Source of the DNA: Candidatus Eiseniibacteriota bacterium
GTDB taxonomy: Bacteria > Eisenbacteria > RBG-16-71-46 > CAIMUX01 > VGJL01
Assembly (NCBI GenBank): GCA_041946735.1
Contig: JBHGAY010000004.1
Coordinates: forward strand, 150,292 to 214,291
DNA length: 64,000 nucleotides
Reading direction: 5' to 3'
Positions 19,052 to 29,650 of the stretch are shown here, in pieces. Position 1 is the first letter of the stretch, and each line of letters starts with the position of its first letter. Made by a program: the position numbers and the translations under genes. The notes under the pieces are model-generated. The model worked only from the letters and a program-made list of their open reading frames with translations. It had not been told where the DNA came from and ran no database searches.

Positions 19052-21700
19052 ATGGCTTTCCGCTCGATCTGGCTTTTCCCGCTCGTCTTTGCCGTTCTTT
19101 CGATCGTCCAGTCTCCCCTCGGGCCGCAGCCCGCGCAATCTGCCTCCCTCCCGGGGGACCTTCCCCTGTGGTCGGCCGGCGATCCGGACCCCACCTACCC
19201 GTTTTCCGACCGCTTCCCCGTTGCCGTCGTGGTCTCCAGCGAGGAGGAGGCCCGTTCGGTCGTCGCAACCGGGATCGAGGTGGAGTCGGTCCGTCCCTTC
19301 GCGGACGGCTGGATCATCGAGGCGAACGTCAACGAGGAGGGGAGCCGGCAGCTCCGTGGCGCGGGTTATGACGTTCACAAGCTGCGCAATCTCGCCCTCG
19401 AGGAGTTCCGCCTGCATCCGCCGGGAACAGGGGGACTGCGCGACTGGCCGACGTACGACCAGCTGATCAGCGAGCTGCAGGGCGTTGCCTCCGCGAATCC
19501 TTCGATCTGCCGGATGATCCCGATCGGGACGTCCGTGCAGGGACGGACGATCTGGATGATGAAGATCAGCGACAACCCCGACACGGAGGAGAACGAGCCG
19601 GAGTTCAAGTTCACTTCGAGCATCCATGGGGACGAGGTGACCGGGATGGAGCTGTGCCGCCGGCTGATCCACTACCTGGTCGACAACTACGGCACCGATC
19701 CGACTGTCACCTCGTACGTCAACGGGATCGAAATCTGGATCTGCCCGATGCACAACCCGGACGGATTCGTGAACGGAACCCGCTACAACGCGCACGGCGT
19801 CGATCTCAACCGCGAGTTCCCCGACCCGATCACCGATCCGATCGACACTCCGGACGGCCGCGAGCCCGAGAACCAGGCATTCATGTACCTCGGCTACGAC
19901 CACCGCTTCGTCCTCTCGGCGAACTATCACGGAGGCGCGCTGGTCGTGAACTATCCCTGGGACAGCCACGTCGCCTATACGCCGGACGACGAGATGATCG
20001 AGACCTTCTCGCTCGGCTACTCGTACCGGAATCCACCGATGTGGAACTCGTCGCAGTTCTATCACGGCGTCACCATCGGCTGGGACTGGTACATCGTCAA
20101 CGGCGGCATGCAGGACTGGTGCTACGAGTGGCGGTCGGACATCGACGTGACGATCGAGGTGTCGACCACGAAGTGGCCGCCTTACAGCGCCATGGACACG
20201 TTCTGGTCGCAGAACCGGGACGCGATGCTCTACTACATGAGCCGGACGCTCACGGGCGTTGGCGGGATCGTGACCGACGCGAACACCGGCCTGCCGCTCG
20301 ACGCGACAGTCGACGTGGTGGAGATCGGCAAGACGATCCGCACCGATCCGGACGCCGGCGACTACCACCGGCTGCTGCTCCCGGGTACCTACACATTGCA
20401 GGTGGAGGCCGCGGGATACCTGCCGCAGACGATCCCGGGGATCGTGGTCCTCGACGGCCCGGCGACCGTTCGCGACGTGGCTCTGCTGCCGCTTCCGACC
20501 TACGAGGTGAGCGGACACGTGACGGAGCAGGGGACCGGGCTGCCCCTGCCCGCGACCGTGCGCGCGTACCGGCACTCCAATCAGGAGCTGGTCGCGCAGG
20601 CTTCGACGGAGCCCGCCACCGGCGCCTACTCGATCGGACTGCAGGCCGACACCTACGACCTCCGCGTCTCCGCGGCCGGCCACGTGGGAGAGGAACGGCA
20701 GATCGAGGTGACGGGGGACCGGGTGGAGGACTTCGCGCTCCGCAGCATGGCCGAGGTGGTTCTCGTCGTGCAGGACGGAGCGCAAACGAGGATCGCCACC
20801 GATTTGGCGGCGATTGGCCTCCCATATCACGTGGAGACGGCGGCGGCGACCGATCCGGCGGCCTGGTCGGAGTACCGGTGCCTGGTCTGGTCGGCAGGGC
20901 CCAACGGCGATCCGGTCGCCGACGCCTCAAAGCGGGCCGCTCTCGAGGCGTACGCCGGGGCGGGCGGGCGGCTCCTGATCGAGGGGGGGCAGATCGGCTA
21001 CGACACGTTCCAGAATCCCGGATACCCGAGCTTCGGCGCGCACGTGCTCCACGGATCCGGTTGGCACACGAACAACGCCGGAGATCTGATTCTCTCCGAG
21101 GCGGATCACCCGGTGGCCACGACGCCGAACCTGCTCTCCAGCACGATCGACATCCAGTACGTGACGACTGGAGACGAGGACTCGGTCACGCCGCTCGCCG
21201 GCGCGACGTTGATCTACCGCACGACGAGCTACGCCGGGGACGCGGGCATCCTCGCGTTCGACGACGATCCGGATAGTCCCGCGACAGGGCAGATCCTCTA
21301 CTACGCGTTCTCCTACGACCGGCTCGCGGACACCGCGAACGCGCGGAGGCTCCTCGAGAACTCGATCGCCTGGCTGCGTCGCACCGATCCGGCCGCCGTG
21401 CCGGACGTCGAAGGCGGCTCACGCTTCGCGCTCGGCGCAGCGTTCCCGAATCCGGCGAGCGGCACGGTGCGCTTCCGGCTCGAGTCGGGGAGCGGCGCCG
21501 CGGTCTTCGAAGGCGCGATCTTCGACGTGCGCGGTCGCCGCGTCGCAGCCACGACGAGCGGTTCGCTGCGGATCGGCGGCGGATTGCTCGAGTGGGACGG
21601 CCGGCTGCCCTCCGGCGAAGAGGCTCCCGCCGGGGTTTACTGGCTCCGTGCCCGGGTCGACGGACGGGACGAAACGAGGAGCTTCCTCCGCATCCGGTAG
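19052..21700 (+). CDS. M14 zinc carboxypeptidase with carboxypeptidase-regulatory repeats and FlgD-Ig-type C-terminus
   Basis: IHGDE, NPDG, DLNREF, ANYHGG, GGMQDW, TIEVS; tail FPNPA...WDGR...AGVYW. Confidence 0.92.
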   Translation: MAFRSIWLFPLVFAVLSIVQSPLGPQPAQSASLPGDLPLWSAGDPDPTYPFSDRFPVAVVVSSEEEARSVVATGIEVESVRPFADGWIIEANVNEEGSRQLRGAGYDVHKLRNLALEEFRLHPPGTGGLRDWPTYDQLISELQGVASANPSICRMIPIGTSVQGRTIWMMKISDNPDTEENEPEFKFTSSIHGDEVTGMELCRRLIHYLVDNYGTDPTVTSYVNGIEIWICPMHNPDGFVNGTRYNAHGVDLNREFPDPITDPIDTPDGREPENQAFMYLGYDHRFVLSANYHGGALVVNYPWDSHVAYTPDDEMIETFSLGYSYRNPPMWNSSQFYHGVTIGWDWYIVNGGMQDWCYEWRSDIDVTIEVSTTKWPPYSAMDTFWSQNRDAMLYYMSRTLTGVGGIVTDANTGLPLDATVDVVEIGKTIRTDPDAGDYHRLLLPGTYTLQVEAAGYLPQTIPGIVVLDGPATVRDVALLPLPTYEVSGHVTEQGTGLPLPATVRAYRHSNQELVAQASTEPATGAYSIGLQADTYDLRVSAAGHVGEERQIEVTGDRVEDFALRSMAEVVLVVQDGAQTRIATDLAAIGLPYHVETAAATDPAAWSEYRCLVWSAGPNGDPVADASKRAALEAYAGAGGRLLIEGGQIGYDTFQNPGYPSFGAHVLHGSGWHTNNAGDLILSEADHPVATTPNLLSSTIDIQYVTTGDEDSVTPLAGATLIYRTTSYAGDAGILAFDDDPDSPATGQILYYAFSYDRLADTANARRLLENSIAWLRRTDPAAVPDVEGGSRFALGAAFPNPASGTVRFRLESGSGAAVFEGAIFDVRGRRVAATTSGSLRIGGGLLEWDGRLPSGEEAPAGVYWLRARVDGRDETRSFLRIR

Positions 21701-21908
21701 CGAAGCCGAGGGACAAACGCGGGCCAAGCTGGCGCAAAAACGAACCCATATCTGATTTGGCGCCCCTGTCTGCACCGCCAGGGGCGCCTTCTTCGCTTTC
21801 CCGCAAGACCGCATCCTTGTACAATCGGTCATCGCCGGACGAGATCGTTCCGAAGAGCAGAGCGATCCTCGCGCGGCAGGTTCCATCGATATCTCGTGGA
21901 GGTCCTGC

Positions 21909-22487
21909 ATGAAGCACATTGCTCTCGTCTGTCTTCTCTGTCTGATCGCGACCGCCGCGTTCGCCGAGGGGCCTCGCGTTTCCTACGGCCCTCCGGGCGA
22001 CCCCGTCAACCTCCCCGACCGGGAGGACGTCTGTCAGTACGGCTACGTCGACATGCAGCCGGGGCAAGGCTGGAGCCTTTACGCAGGCCAGCAGCTCGGC
22101 ATTCTCTGCTTTGCGCCGGGGAGCATTTCGGCGGTCGGCTTCTACGTGGAGTTCGTCTCTGTTCCCGGCAATCTGGATATCGTGATCTACGACGGTGGAA
22201 CGGAGGTGAGCCGCACCTCCGTGACTCCGACGACCGGGGACAACGAGTTCGACATCGACGACGTCGCCATCGCCGGAGACGCCTGCATCATGCTCTGTCC
22301 GACGAGCTTCGACGGCGTCACCGGAGAGGACATCAACAGCGCTCCGTACGGCAACTGCTTCTGGAGCGCTTCCTGTCAGTGCTCCAATCCCTTCACCGAC
22401 AACAACCTCACGATCTGGGCGGTCACCGGGGCACCGGTCGCGACCGAGCAGCAATCGTGGGGCGCGCTCCGGATGCTCTATCGCTGA
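21909..22487 (+). CDS. Small secreted Cys-containing protein with C-terminal ATEQQSWGALRMLYR motif
   Basis: GGAGG RBS, signal peptide, beta-rich body. Confidence 0.8.
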   Translation: MKHIALVCLLCLIATAAFAEGPRVSYGPPGDPVNLPDREDVCQYGYVDMQPGQGWSLYAGQQLGILCFAPGSISAVGFYVEFVSVPGNLDIVIYDGGTEVSRTSVTPTTGDNEFDIDDVAIAGDACIMLCPTSFDGVTGEDINSAPYGNCFWSASCQCSNPFTDNNLTIWAVTGAPVATEQQSWGALRMLYR

Positions 22488-22588
22488 TCGCTCGGCGGTA
22501 GCGCTCGCGGAGTCCTCATCGGGTCGCCGGGGTCCGTCCCGGCGACCCTCGCTTTTGGGCCCGCCGGTGGATCCTCGACACGGCCCCC

Positions 22589-24013
22589 TCATTCGTGGCG
22601 CGCGCTTCTTGCCGAGACCCGCTCCTCTCGCTCGTTCCTTCTCCAGGACGTGAGCATCCCGAGGATCGCGATCGCCATCGACACGCGGAACGCGATCGCG
22701 GTCGTCCGGTAGAGCGCGCTTCCTTCCGTCGTCTCGTGAGGGCCGAGCACGGTCGTGAAGATCGCGCCGCCCACACCGATGCCGAGGACCATGCCAACAT
22801 TGCGAGCGGTGGCGAGGATCGCAGAGGCGATGCCTTGCCGGTGGCGCGGCGCCGATCCCATGAGGGCGCTGTTGTTCGGCGAGATGAAGAGGCCGGTGCC
22901 AAGACCTACCACCGCGAGGGAGCCGACGATCGAAGAGACACCGGCGTCGGGGCCGAGCCGGGAGAGCAGGTAGAGGCCTGTCGCGAGAACGGCCATCCCG
23001 AAGGTGGCGGGACCGCGAGTGCCGATGCGGTCGGAGAGGGTGCCGGACAGCGGAGCGGCAATCGCCATGACGAGAGGCTGCGCGGTCAGGATCAAGCCCG
23101 CCCGGGCCGGTTGCATCCCCCGGCCTTCGACGAGATAGAACGGCAAGAGGAAGGTGACCGTGAAGAGGCAGACGTAGTTCAAAAGGGCGCTCACCGTGGA
23201 CAAAGTGAAGACCGGAACGCGGAAGAGGCTCAAGTCGAGCATCGGCTCGCTCGTGCGCGTCTCGTGGCGGAAGAAGGCGGCGAGCAACCCGGCCGAGCCG
23301 GCGAGCGCCGCGAGCGAAACTGCCGACGCCCACCCCCACGCGTGCCCCTGGTTGAGCGCCAACAGCAGGAGGACGAGACCGCCGAGGAACAGCGCAGCGC
23401 CGAGCAAGTCGAAACGCTCGCGCCGCGACGCCGGTTGATCGTCGGGAAGGAACCGCAAGCTCATGACGAGCGCCAGCACGCCGACCGGGACGTTGATGGC
23501 GAAGACCGACCGCCATCCGAGGTGCTGCGCGAGCCATCCTCCGAGCGAGGGGCCGATCGTCAATCCCAAGTAAGTCATCGTCGCCAGCGAGCCGAGCGCC
23601 TGACCCCGCTGCCGCGGATCGGAGCTGCCGGTCAGGATCGCGGGCGCATTGGCGAACAGCATCGCGGCGCCGAGAGCCTGGAAGCCGCGGGAACCGATCA
23701 GGAAGCGTTCGCCGGGCGCGAGCGCGCAGAGGATCGAGCCGAGGACGAAGATCGAGAATCCGAATACGTAGACGCGGCGGTGGCCGTGCAGGTCGCCCAG
23801 GCGCCCGAACGTGAGGAGGAGGCCGCTGACGACCAGGAGATAGATCGTCACGACCCATTCGATCGTCTCCACCTGCGTGCCCATCACGCGCCGGAGGATC
23901 GGAAGGATCGTGTTGACGACGCTCCCGTCGAGCGCCGACATGAACGTCCCGATCCCGAGCGTGAAGAGGATGCTCCAGGGGGTGCGGGGCCGGCCGGGAT
24001 CGGTTCTCGCCAT
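22589..24013 (-). CDS. MFS transporter, DHA2 (EmrB/QacA) family
   Basis: About 14 TM; FMSALDGSVVN, GRLGDLHGHRR, GPSLGG, WRSVFAINVP. Confidence 0.93.
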   Translation of the reverse strand: MARTDPGRPRTPWSILFTLGIGTFMSALDGSVVNTILPILRRVMGTQVETIEWVVTIYLLVVSGLLLTFGRLGDLHGHRRVYVFGFSIFVLGSILCALAPGERFLIGSRGFQALGAAMLFANAPAILTGSSDPRQRGQALGSLATMTYLGLTIGPSLGGWLAQHLGWRSVFAINVPVGVLALVMSLRFLPDDQPASRRERFDLLGAALFLGGLVLLLLALNQGHAWGWASAVSLAALAGSAGLLAAFFRHETRTSEPMLDLSLFRVPVFTLSTVSALLNYVCLFTVTFLLPFYLVEGRGMQPARAGLILTAQPLVMAIAAPLSGTLSDRIGTRGPATFGMAVLATGLYLLSRLGPDAGVSSIVGSLAVVGLGTGLFISPNNSALMGSAPRHRQGIASAILATARNVGMVLGIGVGGAIFTTVLGPHETTEGSALYRTTAIAFRVSMAIAILGMLTSWRRNEREERVSARSARHE

Positions 24014-24044
24014 GGGTCGATCCTAACCGCTCCCCGCGCGGCGC

Positions 24045-24102
24045 CGTCACCCGCGGATGCGCACCATCCGCGGCGTCACTCCCGGATGCGCACCATCCGC
24101 GC
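24045..24102. repeat. 29-bp direct duplication at the 3' end of the S8 gene; the intergenic copy forms a 9-bp hairpin
   Basis: cgtcacccgcggatgcgcaccatccgcgg / cgtcactcccggatgcgcaccatccgcgc; CCGCGGATG-cgcac-CATCCGCGG at 24051-24073. Confidence 0.7.
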
Positions 24103-25668
24103 CGTGCTCCGGCCCGCGTCGCTCTCCACACGGACGAAGTAGACGCCGGGGGCGACGCGCGATCCTCGCTCGTCGCGGCCGTCCCATGAGAAGCCGCCAC
24201 GCGCGTCGCGATCGAGATGCGCCCTTACCTTTCGTCCCGCCAGATCGAACACAATCGCGGTGGCATTCGCCGGCTCGCCCGCCAGCCAGTCGATGCGGGC
24301 CGTTTCTCCCGCCCTTGCCGGGTTGGGCTCGACGCGAAGAGCGGCGCCGCCCCACGCGAAGGGCGAGTCGCCGACGCCGGCGGCGAAGGGCGTGTTCTCG
24401 AGCGTCGAGAGCGCGTCGAAGCGTCCCGTGCCGAGCAGTCCGAGGAACGGATCGTTTTCGGGAATGCCGTAGATGTCGACGATCCCTTCTCTCGAGGCGC
24501 GATAGACCGCCTCGACCGGCATGTCCGGGCTCATCCCGCGGATCAGAGCGCACTGCCCGCTGACGAAGGGTGCGGCGAAGGAGGTGCCCGCGCCGATCGC
24601 ATAGCCGCCGTCGTAGTAGGCGGAGAGGATACCGACGCCTGGGGCGGAGACGTCGACCGCCTCATTGAAGTTCGAGAAGGAGGCTTTCACGTCGGAGGAG
24701 TCGAGCGCCGCGACCGACAGGCATTCGGGATTGCTCGCGGGATAGTAGTACGGGCGGTCGACGCCGTCGTTGCCGGCCGCTCCAATCAGCGCAACGCCGA
24801 GACTTTCGGCGCGCTCGACCTCGTGACGCAGGATGGAGCAGTCGACGGGAAGCCCGAGGCTCAGGTTGATGACCCGGGCGCCGTGGTCGACGGCATAGCG
24901 GACCCCCTTCGCGACCGTGAACGTCTGGCCGACTCCCTCGTCGTTCAGCACGCGGATCGGCAGGATCTTCGCGCCCGGCGCCACCAGGTGCAGGATTCCC
25001 GCAACCATGGTGCCGTGCCCCGCCCCTTCGTCCACGGTTCCGTCGCCGTCGTCGTCGATGCCGTTCGCTTCGTCGTACGGCTCGTCGTCCCCGTCGACGA
25101 AGTCGGTCCCGCCGGGCTCGATCGCCCCGTCGAGCGCCTCATGGTCCATTCGGACACCGCCGTCGACGAGGGCCACGATGACGCCGTCGCCCCGCGCGTG
25201 CTCATGGATCTCGTCGAGGTGGAGCCGGACGGCCACGTTCTGATCGAGGTACCCCTCGATCGTCTCGCCTACCGCCGCGACCACCATCTGGTGGCTTCCC
25301 TCGGGCGCCTCCCCCTCCCAGACGTACTCGACCTCTACGATCCGCGGGTCGTTGCGCATGAGCAGGAGGTACTCGTCCTCCGTCCCTCCATCCGGAAGAT
25401 CGAGCCGGTAGAGAGGGGGAAGGGAATCGATCACGGTCGTTTCGTAATCGGCGTTGATGGCGTCGATCGGGACGCCGGAGGCCAGCTCGATCTGGATCTC
25501 CCCCGCAAGCCAGCCTGCCGCGGCGGCGGGTGCGGGGGTGCCGGCGATGGCGGCGATGGCCGCAATGGCGGCGAGAAGCACGATGGCCGGGATCGGGAGG
25601 GTCCGGAAGATCCGCCGTCGATCCCGCGCGGAGCGATCGGCCAGACCGGCACGCGGCTGCTGCGTCAT
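24076..25668 (-). CDS. S8 subtilisin-like serine protease with FlgD-Ig/T9SS-like C-terminus
   Basis: Triad LVDGG, GHGTMVAG, GTSFAAP; AAGND; signal peptide; tail PNP...WDGRD...PGVYF. Confidence 0.93.
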   Translation of the reverse strand: MTQQPRAGLADRSARDRRRIFRTLPIPAIVLLAAIAAIAAIAGTPAPAAAAGWLAGEIQIELASGVPIDAINADYETTVIDSLPPLYRLDLPDGGTEDEYLLLMRNDPRIVEVEYVWEGEAPEGSHQMVVAAVGETIEGYLDQNVAVRLHLDEIHEHARGDGVIVALVDGGVRMDHEALDGAIEPGGTDFVDGDDEPYDEANGIDDDGDGTVDEGAGHGTMVAGILHLVAPGAKILPIRVLNDEGVGQTFTVAKGVRYAVDHGARVINLSLGLPVDCSILRHEVERAESLGVALIGAAGNDGVDRPYYYPASNPECLSVAALDSSDVKASFSNFNEAVDVSAPGVGILSAYYDGGYAIGAGTSFAAPFVSGQCALIRGMSPDMPVEAVYRASREGIVDIYGIPENDPFLGLLGTGRFDALSTLENTPFAAGVGDSPFAWGGAALRVEPNPARAGETARIDWLAGEPANATAIVFDLAGRKVRAHLDRDARGGFSWDGRDERGSRVAPGVYFVRVESDAGRSTARMVRIRE

Positions 25669-25738
25669 GGCTCTATTCCCTCCATACCTTCTTATCTTCG
25701 AAGCGATCGCGGATTATAGATCGAACCGACCGCCCGGG

Positions 25739-28735
25739 TCAAACTCCGCCCAGCGCCGCGAATGACGCCCAGTGCCATGGATGCGGCCTAAGTCTCATCG
25801 TTTCACGCATTGCGAGACCAAGCGCGGCCGGAACCGGGTGGCCGGACCGATGAGCGACATGGAACAGCTCGATAAGCTCAAGCGTCGGTTCATCTTCGAT
25901 CGGCCATAGGCTGGCCACGACCGAGGCCGCGCCCGCCTGGAGAAAGCCCCGGGCGAGGCCGATCCACTCGTCGCCGGCCGGGGCCGCTCCGCGGCCGGAG
26001 GAGCAGGCGGTCAGCACGACGACCGAGGACGGGAAGCGAAAGCCAGCGAGGTCGTGGACGAACAGAGGCCCATCGGCCAGCTCGATGAACGAGTAGGCCG
26101 GGTTGTCGCTGCGCAGCGACCCGTGAGCGGCAAGGTGAACGAGCGCCGATTCCGCGCCGTTCGCGCGCAGCGACTCTCGTGTCGGAGCGAGATCGGCGTG
26201 GACCGTCCATCCGGAGAGAACCGATCCTACCCGCTCGACCTCACGCTCCACGCCGGGTAGCTGGGACGAAGGGACGCCAGCGACCCACGCACGCCTCTCC
26301 GCGTCTGCCGCCGGCGTCCGGGCACCCGGCAGGCGCAGCCAGACACGCGCGCTCGGGACGAGGCACAGATCGGTCGACTCGGCGAGGTACCGGCCGTCGG
26401 GCCGCATCGCGTGGATCGGCACGCGGTGGATCGGCCCGTGCGGCGAGACGACCCAGCGGCGCGAGGAGTCGACCCCGATCGCGGCGAGCGGCTGCCAGAG
26501 GAGGCGGCCGATCTCCTCGAGGATCGCATCGGTCGAGGCGTGTAGACGGCCGGCGTCCGGGCGACCCGAGGGGGGCAGGAGCGCAGCACCCCCCGCCAGC
26601 GCCGTGGAGGGCGACTCCCGAGGGCCGGGAGCCGGCCGCGTGGCACCGGCTTGGCGCACATGCGTCATTGCGGCCGCTCCCCACTGGAAGTCCAGGCGAT
26701 CGGCGAGGGCGGCGAGCCGCCTGCGCAGATCGGGACGGAGAAGCGTCCAGCGCACCGTCCGGTCGGTCAGCGCGAGCGCGATCGAGAAGCGCGGTCCGAC
26801 GTGGAAGCTCAGGAAGCCCCATCCTTCCGGGAGCCTCGAGCGAACCTCATCCAAGGACGGGGCAGCCGACGGCCGGATGCCGAGCGCGTCGATCGTGCGG
26901 CGCGACTCCGCCTCCTGTCGCTCCCGCAAGGCCTGGCTCCACGCGCGCTCCGCCGCGGCGAGCCGCTCGCGGATCTCGGGAATGTGCGCCCGCTCTTCGG
27001 GAGAGCCAAGCTCGATGCGCCCGAGACGCGCATGGAGCCAGGCGAGCTGGCGCCGCAGCCCCGGCTCGCGTTCACGCGCTCCCCGCCGATCATCGTCGCG
27101 GGTCGCATGCGTCGCGCCTGCGCCGGCGGCGGACTCAGCTGGATCCGCTGCCGGGACCCGAAGCCGATCCCAAAGGCTTTGCGCGCGAGAGCGCTCCATC
27201 CACTCGAACAGACGCGCCGCCGAGGGCCTGACGGCCTGTAGCTCGAGCGAAAGCAGCCGGTCGTAGAGATGCGCCTTGTCGCTCAGAAACGCGATCTTCG
27301 AGTCCTCGGTCGGCACCCGGGCGCGCAGGCTCTCGAGCTGCTCGACCGCGCGGCGATAGGCGGTCGAGGCGGCGCGCGCGCGTCCCGCCTCCTCTTCGGC
27401 CGGACCGAGCGCCTCGAGCACGCGGTAGGCGGTCGCGGGATACACCGGCGCCGGCACGCGGCGCAGGAGGGCGCGCAGCCGGGCGGCGCGCTCCCCGGGC
27501 GGCCGCCGCTTTCTTTCGAGGCGCTCGAGGAGGACGACCGCGTTCGCCTCCCAGCGCACGAGACCCATTTCGCGGAAGGTGGAGAGCGCGGCGCCGGCAC
27601 GGACGAGCGAAGCCTTTCTGCGTCCCGCCTGCGCGAGCCCCTCCGCCCACAGCAGCTCCATGAAGGCGGCGCGCGGCCGGTTCTTCTCCAGCAGGAAGAG
27701 CCGGCGGGCTTCGCGCCCACGCTCGATCGCGCGCGCCGGCTCCCGGCGGACGAGCGAGGCGAGCGCTCCCTGGGAAAGCGCGAGCGCCGCGAAGTAGCGC
27801 AGCCCGAGCCCGAGGAAGTGACGCGCAGCCTGCTCGCTCAGATCCAGGGCTTCCGCCGCGAGATTCAGCTTGTTGTAGATCTCCGCGCGTGTGAGGAGGC
27901 AGGAGGCGAGGAACGAGAGATGCCCGGTTTCCTCGAAGTAGGGGGCGGCCCGGGCGAGGTCGCGCAACGCGAGATCGTAGTCCCCACGATTCGCGTGGAC
28001 GAAGGCGGCGTTCATCCGCACCTGCGCGAGGAGCAGGTCGTAGCCGCGAGCGGCGCACTCCTGCTCGAGCCGCGAGAAGAGGTCGAGCGCCTCGACGTCC
28101 CGGTCGAGCTGCGAGAGCGCGACGCCCCGGTTGACATCGAGCCCGATGACGGTCTCGTCGCGCAGCCCGAGACGATGGAAGGCCTGGCCGGCCCGCTCGT
28201 ATTCGAGGAGCGCCGGCCCGTAGTGATCGCGATGGAACTGGATGTTGCCGAAGTTCATCGCGAGCTTCGCCAGGTAGGTGTCGTCCCCTTCGGCGGTCAG
28301 ATGCTGCCGGGCCTCCTCGGCCGTCGCCTCGGCGTCGGCGTAGCGGCCCAGCATGGCGAGCACGTGGATCCTTCCGACGAGAAGCTGGCCGAGCAGCGAG
28401 CGCGCGCCCGCGGCGCGCCAGAAGCGCGCGGCCGTCTCGTAGGAGGCTTCGGCTTCTTTCATCCTGCCGGAGAAGAGCCAGGCTTCGGCCATCGACCGGT
28501 GCGCCCATCCGCTGGACAGAGGATCGCCGAGGATTCCGGCGATCTCGATCGCGCGCGATGCGATCGCGCGAGAGGTCGCGACATCGCTCTGGAAGAAGCG
28601 GCCGGCTTCGTCGCGGATCGAGCGGAGGAGCGAGGCGGGATCGTCGAGCGAGGCGGCGGCGATCGCCTCGCGGAGGCGCTCGCGCGGCAGATCGATCCAG
28701 TCTCGGAGGGAAGCGGGCGCGAGAGAGGGGTTCAC
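25739..28735 (-). CDS. TPR-CHAT (caspase-fold) protease
   Basis: TPR-like helical repeats then CHAT domain: SPHGPIHRVP, VHLAAHG (His), VLTACSSG (Cys), GLARGFLQAGA..VVASLWPI; GTGA overlap with upstream stop. Confidence 0.9.
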   Translation of the reverse strand: MNPSLAPASLRDWIDLPRERLREAIAAASLDDPASLLRSIRDEAGRFFQSDVATSRAIASRAIEIAGILGDPLSSGWAHRSMAEAWLFSGRMKEAEASYETAARFWRAAGARSLLGQLLVGRIHVLAMLGRYADAEATAEEARQHLTAEGDDTYLAKLAMNFGNIQFHRDHYGPALLEYERAGQAFHRLGLRDETVIGLDVNRGVALSQLDRDVEALDLFSRLEQECAARGYDLLLAQVRMNAAFVHANRGDYDLALRDLARAAPYFEETGHLSFLASCLLTRAEIYNKLNLAAEALDLSEQAARHFLGLGLRYFAALALSQGALASLVRREPARAIERGREARRLFLLEKNRPRAAFMELLWAEGLAQAGRRKASLVRAGAALSTFREMGLVRWEANAVVLLERLERKRRPPGERAARLRALLRRVPAPVYPATAYRVLEALGPAEEEAGRARAASTAYRRAVEQLESLRARVPTEDSKIAFLSDKAHLYDRLLSLELQAVRPSAARLFEWMERSRAQSLWDRLRVPAADPAESAAGAGATHATRDDDRRGAREREPGLRRQLAWLHARLGRIELGSPEERAHIPEIRERLAAAERAWSQALRERQEAESRRTIDALGIRPSAAPSLDEVRSRLPEGWGFLSFHVGPRFSIALALTDRTVRWTLLRPDLRRRLAALADRLDFQWGAAAMTHVRQAGATRPAPGPRESPSTALAGGAALLPPSGRPDAGRLHASTDAILEEIGRLLWQPLAAIGVDSSRRWVVSPHGPIHRVPIHAMRPDGRYLAESTDLCLVPSARVWLRLPGARTPAADAERRAWVAGVPSSQLPGVEREVERVGSVLSGWTVHADLAPTRESLRANGAESALVHLAAHGSLRSDNPAYSFIELADGPLFVHDLAGFRFPSSVVVLTACSSGRGAAPAGDEWIGLARGFLQAGAASVVASLWPIEDEPTLELIELFHVAHRSGHPVPAALGLAMRETMRLRPHPWHWASFAALGGV

Positions 28736-29508
28736 CGTCCCGGACCGGCCGAGAGATCGAGCGGTCCGAGGCTCAGCACGAGATCGTTCCAGCCGATCTT
28801 GATCCGAACCTCGCTCGGCTTGACCGCGCGGAACTGGAACTCCCCGTGCGGCGTCAGCTTCCGAGTCGTCTCGCGCCCGTCGCTCTCGAGAGTGACCGTG
28901 CCGGAGATCGGCTCGGCGGGTGTGACGTTCGCGGGGAGGAACTGGCCGAAGATCTGGAGCTTCTTCGACGCCTCGGGCTCGATGCGGAGGTGGAGGTTGC
29001 CGGCCTCCGACTCGAACAGGAGCTGGCGGGGCTGCAGCGCGGTCGTGCCTCGAATGCCGGGAAGCGCCGCAGCGAGACGGCTGTCGAGGGCGAGGCCCAT
29101 GCGGATCTCTTCGACGATCCGGCGCACGGCTCCGCCTCTTCGGGAGCGATCGGCGGCCCGTGCAGCCCTGGCGATCCGGCCCGCCCGGGCGTCTCCCGGC
29201 TCGGTCGCCGCCGCCGCAGCAGCCGCAGCAGCCGCCGCGGCCGCCGCAGCAGCAGCGGCCGCCGCATCGGCGGACACGGCCGTGTGGTTCGCCTCCAGCG
29301 CCCGCACGCGCTCGATCGCCTTCTGCATCCAGACGTCCGGAACGGCGGGAAGCGCCGGCGACTTCAGCGAGGCCAGGATCGCCTCGAGCTGTCGCAGCCG
29401 CGTGCGGCACGTCTCGCACCCGCCGTCGATATGGGCGCGGACGGTGGCGAGCTGCTCCGCGTCTCCCTCGATCGCGGCGATTAGGATCGTATCGCTCGGA
29501 TGCTTCAT
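28732..29508 (-). CDS. Putative zinc-finger anti-sigma factor with a 20-Ala tract
   Basis: AHIDGGCETC (zf-HC2-like) near the N-terminus; downstream of an ECF sigma; no TM; poly-Ala at 29206-29265. Confidence 0.7.
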   Translation of the reverse strand: MKHPSDTILIAAIEGDAEQLATVRAHIDGGCETCRTRLRQLEAILASLKSPALPAVPDVWMQKAIERVRALEANHTAVSADAAAAAAAAAAAAAAAAAAAATEPGDARAGRIARAARAADRSRRGGAVRRIVEEIRMGLALDSRLAAALPGIRGTTALQPRQLLFESEAGNLHLRIEPEASKKLQIFGQFLPANVTPAEPISGTVTLESDGRETTRKLTPHGEFQFRAVKPSEVRIKIGWNDLVLSLGPLDLSAGPGR

Positions 29509-29650
29509 CCGCTGCCTCTCCCCGGGGAGGGATCGCCCCCCTTGCTGCGGTCCTCGTCGAGCCCTTCGCTGGAGAGGTCGGAGGAGAAGGCGGGATGATA
29601 CAGGCAGTGGCGCACGCAGCCGCCTCGCGGCTCCGCCACCCCGGCCATGT

